A DNA stretch of 64,000 nt from UHGV virus genome UHGV-0170778; one strand, given 5' to 3'. Within the stretch, counting starts at the first letter, position 1, and each line of letters opens with the position of its first letter. The DNA is from a virus. Made by a program: the position numbers and the translations under genes. Under the pieces are notes generated by a model, which was given only the letters and a program-made list of their open reading frames with translations, searched no databases and was not told the origin of the DNA. Below, piece after piece: positions 1-8,522 of the stretch.

Positions 1-603
1 CTTAGATATGAAATATCAGATTGGCATCAATTAAGCAAATGTCTGTCTAATAACACAACAAAAACACACATAGAAGTGAGTGACATTGTAAACAATTGTG
101 TATTGACAGGTATTAAAATATCTTTAATTCATGAGGATTTCGGTGCTTTATTTACATGTGTTCTTAATGCAAAAGGAAACATGATTTCAGAAACAGCTCC
201 GAATATTGTTTATCAATTAGATGCACAAACAATATTAGATGAATTATATAAATACGGATACGTCATAACTTACAAAGCAGGTAAAAGTATATCCACAAAA
301 CAGCTCAATTATTTGATGACATTGAGAAAACTACATTTTGATAAACTAAGAATATTAAGTGTTTATGATGTAGATAGATTCGGGCATAATATACATACGC
401 AGTATATTGTTGCTTTCAATTCAAATAAAAACAAATATTGGCTCAATAATGCTTATTCATGTAGTAGAAATGAATTCAGCGAGTCAATATATAACGGAAG
501 CGCTTGTAATATTTCTGGTATAAGCAAGAAGGAGAATTATGACTGGTCTTGGCTTTATAATTTTGTCGCAAATATTGATGATATTCTTTCTGATAACGGA
601 TGA
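1..603 (+). CDS. hypothetical protein, probably 5'-partial
   Basis: Reading frame of ORF 76..603 is open back to nt 1; track start is a GTG. Gene likely begins upstream of the window. No recognisable motifs. Confidence 0.4.
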   Translation, partial: LRYEISDWHQLSKCLSNNTTKTHIEVSDIVNNCVLTGIKISLIHEDFGALFTCVLNAKGNMISETAPNIVYQLDAQTILDELYKYGYVITYKAGKSISTKQLNYLMTLRKLHFDKLRILSVYDVDRFGHNIHTQYIVAFNSNKNKYWLNNAYSCSRNEFSESIYNGSACNISGISKKENYDWSWLYNFVANIDDILSDNG

Positions 604-618
604 TACAGGTGAAAACGA

Positions 619-1164
619 ATGATTTCTAATTTAATTGGAAAAGACATAGAACAGTATAGAATATATTATGACGAAGCACTTGCAGCTCAAGGAATACCTT
701 GTAAGTATCAATATCCTAATTTAGCAGAAACAAACAATCAAGGAGAGTCTGTAGTAGATAGCTATTCTGAGTATATAGATACATTTATATTCTTTGATGG
801 TTCTCCTAAGATAAAAACATTCAAAAGATATGGTTGGGTTGTGGAAAACAATTCCGACCTACCTTTTTTGATACATTGCAGTTTTAACTTGCCTGAGCTA
901 CAAAGAGATTGTTTATTTCATGTTTCTGGACAATACACTAACATGCCAGATAGAATATTTAGAGTAACTGAACTTACTTGTGATTTGCAAGCTCCTGATC
1001 ATATGATTGCTCAAGTAGTTCCTGTATATGGAAATGAAAGTAAAGATGTAGTAGGACGAACAGAGAAAGAAATTGAAACTACTTTCAACAAAAGCAATCA
1101 TTTTATAAAACAACCTGTAGATTACAGAGGCGATTACAGAAGTGAGCTTAAAGGAGATAGGTAA
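619..1164 (+). CDS. hypothetical phage protein
   Basis: 181-aa ORF, packed head-to-tail with neighbours; no recognisable motifs. Confidence 0.5.
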   Translation: MISNLIGKDIEQYRIYYDEALAAQGIPCKYQYPNLAETNNQGESVVDSYSEYIDTFIFFDGSPKIKTFKRYGWVVENNSDLPFLIHCSFNLPELQRDCLFHVSGQYTNMPDRIFRVTELTCDLQAPDHMIAQVVPVYGNESKDVVGRTEKEIETTFNKSNHFIKQPVDYRGDYRSELKGDR

Positions 1165-1766
1165 TGTTATATAAGTATGATAATGCAATAGTTGATGATT
1201 TGAAGAGGAGCTTCAATCCAGAAAATGTACCAAATCCAGTTGTCAGCGTTGTATCTCCGGATCAAATTATTGGACTTGCTGCTCAATTACAGAATGATTC
1301 TATCAAACTTCCTATTGTTGCATTAACAAGAAACCAAGAACAGATAGATTCAAGCCGTACTAACTTTACATCAATGCACAGAGGTGTAGCTACTGTAATT
1401 GATAATGAAACAAATGAATTGTATCATGAAAAAGTAATTCCTATCACTTTATCATATAACTTAACTATTATAACTTCCAATACTGCAGATATGGACGAGA
1501 TGATAAGAGAATTGATGTTTAAGTATATTAACATGTATTTTCTAACAATCAAACTACCTTATGAATCTAACAGAAAAATAAGATTTGGTGTTTCTCTTTC
1601 AAAGGATAGTGAAATAGATAGGACAAGCGGTGTGAGTGAATATCTAAGTAAAGGAAAACTTTATCAAAGTATACTTACATTGAATTGCGAGGGTGCTGTT
1701 TTAGTTTCATATACTCCAGTCAAGCTAAAAAGATTAGAATATGAAATAGATCCAATATCTAAGTGA
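1164..1766 (+). CDS. hypothetical phage protein
   Basis: 200-aa ORF, ATGA overlap with upstream gene, GGAGATAGG RBS. Confidence 0.5.
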   Translation: MLYKYDNAIVDDLKRSFNPENVPNPVVSVVSPDQIIGLAAQLQNDSIKLPIVALTRNQEQIDSSRTNFTSMHRGVATVIDNETNELYHEKVIPITLSYNLTIITSNTADMDEMIRELMFKYINMYFLTIKLPYESNRKIRFGVSLSKDSEIDRTSGVSEYLSKGKLYQSILTLNCEGAVLVSYTPVKLKRLEYEIDPISK

Positions 1767-1803
1767 AATCTAGAACCTTAAATAAAATCAAAGGAGATTT
1801 AGT

Positions 1804-2031
1804 ATGAGATATTTGAATCTAAACAATTATTCTAGATCCTTTTACGGTGTAGAGTTTCATCCTTATGAAGAACACGATGTACCAGGATACATAAATGCAG
1901 ACGGTTTCTTTCGTGTTGCGGATGTATCTAAGGAACCTCCTAAGATAGATAAACAACTTCCTAAAGATGTAACTGTAAAAAAGCTCGAAAAGAGTCAAAC
2001 CAAATTAAAATCTAAACAGGAGGAAAAGTAA
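1804..2031 (+). CDS. hypothetical small protein
   Basis: 75-aa ORF with AAAGGAGAT RBS, abuts next gene. Confidence 0.4.
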   Translation: MRYLNLNNYSRSFYGVEFHPYEEHDVPGYINADGFFRVADVSKEPPKIDKQLPKDVTVKKLEKSQTKLKSKQEEK

Positions 2032-4026
2032 ATGGCTAAAATAGTCATAAATGAAATTTCACAAAACTATACATACAACATTGGTTCATCTTCTTTTGCA
2101 ACTGTTGCATTTCCGATTACAGCTGCTTGGGGACCTGCTTTTGTTGACGAAGAGACTTCTTTCTTTCAGCCTGCATCAAAGGCAGCTGGAAAAACAATAG
2201 ACGATGCATTAGAAAATACTGCATTTATTAGATTCCCTGCAACTCAAGCAGGTCTAGAGGCATTTGTTTCTACTTATCGTGGACCAGAAACAAATTATAG
2301 AATGACAAAAGATTATTCTTACTACATTGCAATGACTCTGCTTACTGCAGGATATGATGTTCTGGTGTGTCGTGTTTGCCCAGGAACGAAAGCAGAGGTT
2401 TGGTATGATTCAGATAAGCATTCATCTTCTGCAGTAGCTCCCACAAATGGATTGCATATATCTGCAAAATATCCTGGTAGTTTTGGTAATCAACTTTCTG
2501 TAGTTGTTAAAGAAGTGTCTAAAGGTACTGTATCTGTAACTACTGGAGAAGAAGCTCATCAGAAAACAGAAACTAAAGCTGCTCCTGAGGCCTATTGGAA
2601 CTTGATTGTATATGCAGAAGATTCATCAGGTACAAGAACAGCAGTTGAGAATCTCTCATTTGTATGTGACGAAACTGATTCAACAGATACATTGCTTTAT
2701 GTAGATGAAGTTTCTTCTTCTTTTATAGATATAACTAAAATAGGCAATATAAATGATGAGTTAATGCAGAGTAAAATGAGCACCATTGAACTGTCTGGCG
2801 GAGATGATTATGCAAAGGTCGATGGTTCAGCTACTTCTTCAACTTTATTAGCTGAAGCTGTAAAATACGCAACATATAGATACACTGCTGCATTAGGTAC
2901 AGAGATCGGAGCAAATAGTAAATATGTTAAAGCTCTTACAGCTGTAGATGGGTCTAAGACAGATAAATCTAAAGCAAAAGCAATTCGACACAATGAGTGG
3001 GTATATTGTGCAGCTTACACAGTATATGATTTGTTGACAGACAGATTGTCCTACAATCCAAATAGAATTGTTTCTCCTGGTTGGGATGATCAGTGGTTTG
3101 AGTTTTTCGGAAGTAAAGTAGATGAATCTACTGGAATTACAGAAATTTCTCCTTTACATAAGAAATTGATGTATGTAGGATATTACAGCCGTTGCGGAAC
3201 TGCATTGATCGACATCCCTCGTTCAGAGCCTAGAAAATTTGTATATAATGATAAAGTAGGCTCTGAAGGATATGCGCAGATGCTTTCAGCGTCCGGTACA
3301 GCTACAAATGTAGGCATTGAAGGATCTACAGTAGTTGTAGCAGGACTTACAGACAATCTGTATGATACACATTCTGCTTTGTTTGCTCCTTGGGGACAAT
3401 ATAAATACGTAGGAACAGGAAAGCAAAACGCTGCTGCTCCGTCATTCTTAGCATTGATGATCCAGAGAGCAATGATTCTAAATCAGTCACTTCAGTATGA
3501 ATGGGCTTTACCTACAAACAGACAGCATAATCTAAAAATCGGCAAACTTGATTACATTGTTAACAACAAACTTCTAAATGAGTGGCAGTCATTAGAAGGT
3601 GTAGGCGTAAATGTAATCACAGATATTCCAGGTTCAGGTACAACATTATGGGGCAACTCTACTCTATATGATGTTCCACCTGCAACATATCAAGCACTTG
3701 CAAACCTTTCAACTCGTTATCTAGTAAACGCAGTAGAAGATGTAGCTTTCAGATGTGGTATGCAGATTACATTCCGCTACAATAACCAAGAAGCTTACAG
3801 TTCATTCTATGCAGGATGTACTCCAATTCTAGACACTATGAAGAATGTAGGTGCAATTGAAGATTATTACATTGAGATGTCTGCTGACATTGATAAATTA
3901 TCTTCAGTCAATGCAAATACAGTTGTAGGTAAAATCTATCTAGTCGTAAACGGCGTAATCAATGATATCTACATCGACCTTATCGCATTGCCACAAGGTA
4001 CAGATCTGAGTCAGTATAGAAGCTAA
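2032..4026 (+). CDS. putative tail sheath protein
   Basis: 664 aa. C-terminal EGVGVNVITDIPGSGTTLWGNSTLY resembles the GVNxIR...G.VWGARTL signature of contractile-tail sheath C-terminal domains. RBS AGGAGGAAAAG. Confidence 0.5.
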   Translation: MAKIVINEISQNYTYNIGSSSFATVAFPITAAWGPAFVDEETSFFQPASKAAGKTIDDALENTAFIRFPATQAGLEAFVSTYRGPETNYRMTKDYSYYIAMTLLTAGYDVLVCRVCPGTKAEVWYDSDKHSSSAVAPTNGLHISAKYPGSFGNQLSVVVKEVSKGTVSVTTGEEAHQKTETKAAPEAYWNLIVYAEDSSGTRTAVENLSFVCDETDSTDTLLYVDEVSSSFIDITKIGNINDELMQSKMSTIELSGGDDYAKVDGSATSSTLLAEAVKYATYRYTAALGTEIGANSKYVKALTAVDGSKTDKSKAKAIRHNEWVYCAAYTVYDLLTDRLSYNPNRIVSPGWDDQWFEFFGSKVDESTGITEISPLHKKLMYVGYYSRCGTALIDIPRSEPRKFVYNDKVGSEGYAQMLSASGTATNVGIEGSTVVVAGLTDNLYDTHSALFAPWGQYKYVGTGKQNAAAPSFLALMIQRAMILNQSLQYEWALPTNRQHNLKIGKLDYIVNNKLLNEWQSLEGVGVNVITDIPGSGTTLWGNSTLYDVPPATYQALANLSTRYLVNAVEDVAFRCGMQITFRYNNQEAYSSFYAGCTPILDTMKNVGAIEDYYIEMSADIDKLSSVNANTVVGKIYLVVNGVINDIYIDLIALPQGTDLSQYRS

Positions 4027-4035
4027 TTCGTTATA

Positions 4036-4108
4036 TATGTTGAAGAGGGACACCGACGGCCATCGTTGCTTTGCTTCCTTGACAAGTTAAGCTAACCTCT
4101 TCAACATA
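4036..4108 (+). other. 13-bp perfect inverted repeat with about 47-nt GC-rich loop directly after sheath gene stop
   Basis: tatgttgaagagg ... cctcttcaacata. Loop gggacaccgacggccatcgttgctttgcttccttgacaag is conspicuously GC-rich for this genome. No T-run follows. Confidence 0.45.
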
Positions 4109-4135
4109 CATATATATTAGATTATAGGAGATATT

Positions 4136-4468
4136 ATGAAAATATACGCAAAGCAAGTAAATTCAGATTATCAACTTTTGTATCAACTTTTCTTAGATGC
4201 ACTAGAAGATAAAGTTCGTTCTTATGGTAAAGACATCTTAGATGATATGTTGTCTCCGATTGATCAGTACAACAATTCATTTATAGTAAAAGATGGAAGA
4301 TACATACATGTAATTGAGGTAAAACGAGAAGATGGTAGTAGGTTTATCTTAAAGTACTATAAAGAAGACGAATTGAAATATATTGATTATTACAAGTCAG
4401 CAGAAAAGGCAGCTATTGCATGGTACTCAAAAATTGTGTATCCAGAAATATCTAAAAATAGATATTGA
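4136..4468 (+). CDS. hypothetical protein
   Basis: 110-aa ORF, GGAGAT RBS. Confidence 0.45.
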   Translation: MKIYAKQVNSDYQLLYQLFLDALEDKVRSYGKDILDDMLSPIDQYNNSFIVKDGRYIHVIEVKREDGSRFILKYYKEDELKYIDYYKSAEKAAIAWYSKIVYPEISKNRY

Positions 4469-4497
4469 TATGTGTAGACAATAGAAAGTTATGATAT

Positions 4498-5034
4498 ATG
4501 GTAATAAACAAAATATTAACTAAAATAAAAATATATGATGTAAATGAATTTGCTCACAAAGTGTATGAGAATTATGAATATTTTAATAAGCTTTGTAGAC
4601 AATTAGCGGATGCTTTAGGGTACATGGTAGATGCTAATATCAGATATTCGGACAGTTCTATTGAATTTATACAAGATGACGCAGGAGGGCACCTAATCAT
4701 TAGTATAAATGTTAAATACATTTCAGGGAACAAATATCTGGAGAATTCCACCTATTATAAAGACACAGAGTGTTATGTGGAAAGGATAGGCGATACTTTT
4801 AAGATAATATTCCCATTTGTAAGAATGAATGTAGTACCTGAAAACATACCTCATAGCCAAATTCGAAACTTTAATTTTTTTGTAAATTATTTTGTAGAGA
4901 GTTTTCTTTATTGCTATTTGGGATATAGTTCTTTTACTTTTGATATCTATGACGCATTAGAATCACGTTATGCAGATATTGATCAAAGACGACGAGAGAT
5001 AATTAGTTATAAAAATAGATTTATGGAGGAATAA
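4498..5034 (+). CDS. hypothetical protein
   Basis: 178-aa ORF. Confidence 0.45.
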   Translation: MVINKILTKIKIYDVNEFAHKVYENYEYFNKLCRQLADALGYMVDANIRYSDSSIEFIQDDAGGHLIISINVKYISGNKYLENSTYYKDTECYVERIGDTFKIIFPFVRMNVVPENIPHSQIRNFNFFVNYFVESFLYCYLGYSSFTFDIYDALESRYADIDQRRREIISYKNRFMEE

Positions 5035-5036
5035 AA

Positions 5037-5423
5037 ATGAAAATATATATTAAATGTAATAGTTCTGACTTTAAGATTTCTTATAGAGGAAATTACAATC
5101 TGGATAACAAGCTAGTAAGTAAAGATAAATTCATAAATGATATGAAGAATTTCTTTGCACGTGTTTTACCTGATTTTGGAATCTATTCTGTTATAATCAG
5201 CAATGCAAAATTGGATATGAATATAACAGACACAGATGTAAAAGGTTTTAATTTTGAAGAAGATGACAGATTAGGTATTTCGTTCAATATTTCTGCAAAC
5301 GGTCAAAAATTGAACGTTTCTACAGAATATGTATATGTTGATGATGAATTTGTAAATGCAGATGATATATATGACAGAACAGATGAAGCTCAAGAGATAG
5401 GAGAATTATTGTCTGGTGAATAA
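5037..5423 (+). CDS. hypothetical protein
   Basis: 128-aa ORF, GGAGGAATAAAA RBS. Confidence 0.45.
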   Translation: MKIYIKCNSSDFKISYRGNYNLDNKLVSKDKFINDMKNFFARVLPDFGIYSVIISNAKLDMNITDTDVKGFNFEEDDRLGISFNISANGQKLNVSTEYVYVDDEFVNADDIYDRTDEAQEIGELLSGE

Positions 5424-5473
5424 ATAAATCAAAAAGAGCTATTGTAGCTAAATAAAATAAAGGATTACGCAAA

Positions 5474-5656
5474 ATGAAAATATATACATCTAGATGGGTA
5501 GATAAACCTGGGGAGATGTTAGATTTAGGTAATAAATTAGCTGATTTATTTGTTACTACTAATATACATGAATATCTCAGTGAAGATGAAATGGATCAGA
5601 TAGCAGAAGTTTCAGATATGCTAAAAGATGTTGCTAAGTTGATGAAAGAAAAATAA
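5474..5656 (+). CDS. hypothetical small protein
   Basis: 60-aa ORF, AAGGAT RBS. Confidence 0.4.
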   Translation: MKIYTSRWVDKPGEMLDLGNKLADLFVTTNIHEYLSEDEMDQIAEVSDMLKDVAKLMKEK

Positions 5657-5683
5657 TTTAGTGTATATAGCCGAATAGCCCAA

Positions 5684-5716
5684 GCAGCAAGACTTTGATC
5701 TTGCTGCTGTTTCTAT
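5684..5716 (+). terminator. rho-independent terminator (cassette copy 1)
   Basis: 9-bp stem gcagcaaga/tcttgctgc, 6-nt loop, followed by tgtttctatatt. Confidence 0.6.
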
Positions 5717-5746
5717 ATTAAAACATTAAGAAACTATTAAGATCTA

Positions 5747-5775
5747 TTGAAATTAGGTCAATATTTCGTTATAAT
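5747..5775 (+). promoter_or_regulatory. sigma-A-type promoter (cassette copy 1)
   Basis: TTGAAA - 17 bp - TATAAT. Part of a conserved approximately 60-bp element aaaacattaagaaactattaaga...tcaatatttcgttataatat. Confidence 0.6.
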
Positions 5776-5825
5776 ATGTATGTGTAAAGTAGATAAATTG
5801 ATACACACAGGGAGAAAAATACAAA

Positions 5826-6692
5826 ATGGATACAAATGTTGACTATGAGAATCTGAAAGAAATTACAGTAAACACACAAGAAGAATTAAACAGAATACCG
5901 CTTGATTTCAAAGGAAGAATTTATGTAGAGTTTGGTACTTATGATAATCCAGCTATTGTTGAGAATGAGTATAGTTTAAGGGTTGTTGCTAGAAAAGGTT
6001 CATGTATAGAAGCTAGAAAAGACGCATATGTTGAGGCTGAAGATAAATCAATGGTTATTGCTCGAGAGGAGTCCAATGCAGTTGCGAATGATAATTCAAG
6101 CATTGAGGCTCGAGATAATTCAAAAGTTTATGCATATAATACTTCAAGAATTGTTGCTTGGGGTCGTTCAAGAGTTTTCTCTGAGGATGATGCAATCATT
6201 GAAGCTCGAGAGCATTCGACAGTTAAAGCTTGGAAGAGGTCAATCATCGCTGCATATGATAGGTCAACCGTCATTGCTTACAATAAGTCTAGTGTTGTTG
6301 CTTGGGGTAAGTCAAAAGTTCATTCTGAGAATAGATGCAGCGTTGAGACTCATGATCAGTCAAAGGTGACTGCGTTAGGGTATTCAAAAGTTGAGGCATA
6401 TGATCAGTCAACTGTTCAAGCTTATCAACAGTCAGACGTTGTGTCCTATGATAATTCAGTTGTTGTTGCTAAAGAGTCAGCAATCGTTAATTCTTATGAT
6501 AATTCAATCGTTGTTGCTAATGGGCATTCAAGCGTAGAGGCTGAAGGAAAATCATTAGTTACTGCTCATAACAATTCTAGCGTTGTTGCTCGTGACAATT
6601 CAGACGTTACGGCTATGGATGATTCAACTGTTGAGTCCTATGATAATTCAACTGTTGAGCTTCGCGATAATGCACAGCTGGTCAATGCGTAA
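5826..6692 (+). CDS. octapeptide-repeat protein (about 28 tandem 8-aa repeats, consensus S-x-V-x-A-x-[DN]-x)
   Basis: 288 aa. From about aa 55 the protein is an uninterrupted array such as SRIVAWGR SRVFSEDD AIIEAREH STVKAWKR SIIAAYDR STVIAYNK ... First gene after cassette copy 1. Confidence 0.6.
   Translation: MDTNVDYENLKEITVNTQEELNRIPLDFKGRIYVEFGTYDNPAIVENEYSLRVVARKGSCIEARKDAYVEAEDKSMVIAREESNAVANDNSSIEARDNSKVYAYNTSRIVAWGRSRVFSEDDAIIEAREHSTVKAWKRSIIAAYDRSTVIAYNKSSVVAWGKSKVHSENRCSVETHDQSKVTALGYSKVEAYDQSTVQAYQQSDVVSYDNSVVVAKESAIVNSYDNSIVVANGHSSVEAEGKSLVTAHNNSSVVARDNSDVTAMDDSTVESYDNSTVELRDNAQLVNA
5990..6692 (+). repeat. degenerate 24-bp tandem repeat array (coding)
   Basis: DNA-level periodicity underlying the octapeptide repeats. 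Also generates a spurious periodic ORF in another frame (6028..6369). Confidence 0.6.
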
Positions 6693-6740
6693 AGTTTGTA
6701 GGTAAATATATAAGCAGTCAGGACATTATATTTAACAAAA

Positions 6741-6773
6741 GCAGCAAGAAATTGATCTTGCTGCTATTTTTAT
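6741..6773 (+). terminator. rho-independent terminator (cassette copy 2)
   Basis: Same 9-bp stem gcagcaaga/tcttgctgc, loop aattga, then tatttttat. Confidence 0.6.
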
Positions 6774-6804
6774 GTCCAAAATATTAAAAAACTATTAAGA
6801 ACAC

Positions 6805-6833
6805 TTGAATTTATATCAATATTTCGTTATAAT
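6805..6833 (+). promoter_or_regulatory. sigma-A-type promoter (cassette copy 2)
   Basis: TTGAAT - 17 bp - TATAAT. Flanks are near-identical to copy 3. Confidence 0.6.
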
Positions 6834-6867
6834 ATATGTGTAATAAAAGATAGCGGAGGTTAATATT

Positions 6868-7062
6868 ATGTCTACTCTAAAAGAATTATATAAAACAGAG
6901 AAGGGTTTCGACAAAGGTGCAACTCTTTCAGTTTATGAATACTCAGACGGAAGTATACATTATACTTTTCGTGATAGACTTGGAAAACCTTCTAATGTAG
7001 ATGGTCACAATGAAGCAGAATTTCTGATTGAAACTTTTAATATGCAGAAACAGAATGCATGA
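6868..7062 (+). CDS. hypothetical small early protein
   Basis: 64 aa, GGAGGT RBS, first gene after cassette copy 2. Confidence 0.45.
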   Translation: MSTLKELYKTEKGFDKGATLSVYEYSDGSIHYTFRDRLGKPSNVDGHNEAEFLIETFNMQKQNA

Positions 7063-7295
7063 AGATTGATTTTTGGAAAGGAGAAAGCACAATGCCAAGA
7101 GTATTGACAGTGGACGGTAGTGTAAAAATCGGAGCATACAGTTTTCCTGATAGGAAAAAGCCCTGTATATGTGTCGAGAAAGGAAACGCTTGTGTTGTGT
7201 ACGGCTCTTTCATTGATATTGACCGTGCAAAAGAATTTATGGATGAACTCGCAGCTCTTGTGGGTGCGAGGAATGATAAGGAGGACGAAGAATGA
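7059..7295 (+). CDS. hypothetical small protein
   Basis: 78 aa, ATGA overlap, GGAGAAAG RBS. Confidence 0.45.
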   Translation: MKIDFWKGESTMPRVLTVDGSVKIGAYSFPDRKKPCICVEKGNACVVYGSFIDIDRAKEFMDELAALVGARNDKEDEE

Positions 7296-7462
7296 CAAAC
7301 TACGAGCGAATAAAAAATATGAGCATTGATGAAATGGCGAACGCCATAAAAAAAGGCCATTTCGGAGACCCGTGTGAGCATTGTTCTTTAAGAAACGAAC
7401 CATGTGCATTCTTATGTGTTAAGGGTATTTTAATGTGGCTTAATAGTGGGTTGAAGGAATGA
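7292..7462 (+). CDS. small Cys-containing protein, tandem paralogue of 7459..7650
   Basis: 56-aa ORF below the track cutoff: MTNYERIKNMSIDEMANAIKKGHFGDPCEHCSLRNEPCAFLC... It shares MTN[YF]ERIKNMS[IV]DEMA with the next gene. ATGA overlaps on both sides. Confidence 0.45.
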   Translation: MTNYERIKNMSIDEMANAIKKGHFGDPCEHCSLRNEPCAFLCVKGILMWLNSGLKE

Positions 7463-7650
7463 CGAATTTTGAGCGAATCAAAAATATGAGTGTTGATGAA
7501 ATGGCATCCGAGATTGATAGAATTTCTCATTATTTATGTGATGATTACGGAGGTTACGGATGTAAAGAATGTCCATTTAATTTTTTAGAAAATCGAAATT
7601 GTAATGCAACAGAATTTGCAAACTGGCTCAATAGTGAGGTAAAAGAATGA
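7459..7650 (+). CDS. small Cys-containing protein (paralogue of 7292..7462)
   Basis: 63 aa, MTNFERIKNMSVDEMASEI..., CDDYGGYGCKECPF. Confidence 0.5.
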   Translation: MTNFERIKNMSVDEMASEIDRISHYLCDDYGGYGCKECPFNFLENRNCNATEFANWLNSEVKE

Positions 7651-8018
7651 TAAATAAAACAATGTATGAAAAAGAAAAAGAAATTACTGACAAAATAGAT
7701 GCAAAAGAAGCAATAAAAATGTTTCAAAATCTTATATTTGCAGAAAATCATAGAATTGCAGAAAACCATTGTAGAAAACTTGCAATAAAAGCCCTTGAAA
7801 AGCAAACACCACAAAAGCCTATCAAAGAAACGGTAAATCGTGGTATATCAGCATCGGGCGAATATGACATTGATTTTAATTATCTTTGTCCAAATTGCAC
7901 GACTGTTGTTGGTGACTATGAAACCAATGATTTTTTTATAAATTTTGCCCCGAGTGTGGTCAAGCATTGGATTGGGGTAAGAGGCCTATTAATTATGAAA
8001 TTTATTTTCAAAATCTAA
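7647..8018 (+). CDS. hypothetical protein carrying the first half of a Cys4 zinc ribbon (CPNC)
   Basis: 123 aa. CPNCTTVVGDYETNDFF lies immediately before a T7 run at about 7931-7937. Confidence 0.45.
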   Translation: MINKTMYEKEKEITDKIDAKEAIKMFQNLIFAENHRIAENHCRKLAIKALEKQTPQKPIKETVNRGISASGEYDIDFNYLCPNCTTVVGDYETNDFFINFAPSVVKHWIGVRGLLIMKFIFKI

Positions 8019-8197
8019 CCGCTCTAATGAACAGGTATAACGACGATAATGAAAATTGCATTACATGCAAAGATTGTCTAAATTACGGGCCTTGTGCAGC
8101 CCCATTTAAGTGTGACGATAATACTAGCGTGTATTTCTGTGATGAATTTGTAAACAAAAATTGCAGTGATATTGAGTTAAAGGAGAAAACAAAATGA
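7967..8197 (+). CDS. hypothetical Cys-rich protein; its frame is open from 7931 and begins with the second zinc-ribbon half (CPEC)
   Basis: Track ORF starts at a TTG. The same frame upstream reads FFYKFCPECGQALDWGKRP... with a TGA immediately before the T7 run. Contains CITCKDCLNYGPC. Likely expressed by a -1 shift from 7647..8018, or the two ORFs are split by a homopolymer error. Confidence 0.4.
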   Translation: MDWGKRPINYEIYFQNLTALMNRYNDDNENCITCKDCLNYGPCAAPFKCDDNTSVYFCDEFVNKNCSDIELKEKTK

Positions 8198-8415
8198 GTA
8201 ATCTCACGCTTAACAACGGCTGGATTAGTGTAAATGACAGACTACCGGACACAAGTAGATATGTGATTGCGTGTTCCGATTTACAAGACGTATTCGAATG
8301 TTGGTATCGCACCATAGACAAATGTTGGGTAAGACACGGCCATATAGTTGTTGAAAACATTACGCATTGGCGAGAACTACCTGACCCGCCGATAATGGAG
8401 GAGAGCAAAGAATGA
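8194..8415 (+). CDS. DUF551-like small phage protein
   Basis: NGWISVNDRLPDTSRYVIAC matches the W-I-S-V-x-D-x-LP signature of DUF551. Paralogue at 8774..9046. Confidence 0.5.
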   Translation: MSNLTLNNGWISVNDRLPDTSRYVIACSDLQDVFECWYRTIDKCWVRHGHIVVENITHWRELPDPPIMEESKE

Positions 8416-8522
8416 CTTGTAAAGATTGTCCACATTTTGATGTGTGCAAAATGTATGGTGCATTCCATACAAAGACACGCTGGAAATCATCGGCAACATC
8501 CACGATAATCCCGAATTGTTGA
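8412..8522 (+). CDS. very small CxxC protein (MTCKDCPHFDVCKMY...)
   Basis: 36-aa ORF with ATGA overlap. It shares its N-terminal motif with the 10226..10627 product. Confidence 0.3.
   Translation: MTCKDCPHFDVCKMYGAFHTKTRWKSSATSTIIPNC

Noticed and set aside
4136-5500. Recurrent MKIY N-termini (4136, 5037, 5474, 35497)
   Set aside because: It reflects ATGAAAATATAT in a very AT-rich genome. There is no similarity beyond the first four residues.
6028-6369. 113-aa alternative-frame ORF inside the octapeptide-repeat gene
   Set aside because: It is open only because the 24-bp DNA periodicity suppresses stops in a second frame. It has no RBS and a leucine-rich nonsense periodic sequence.
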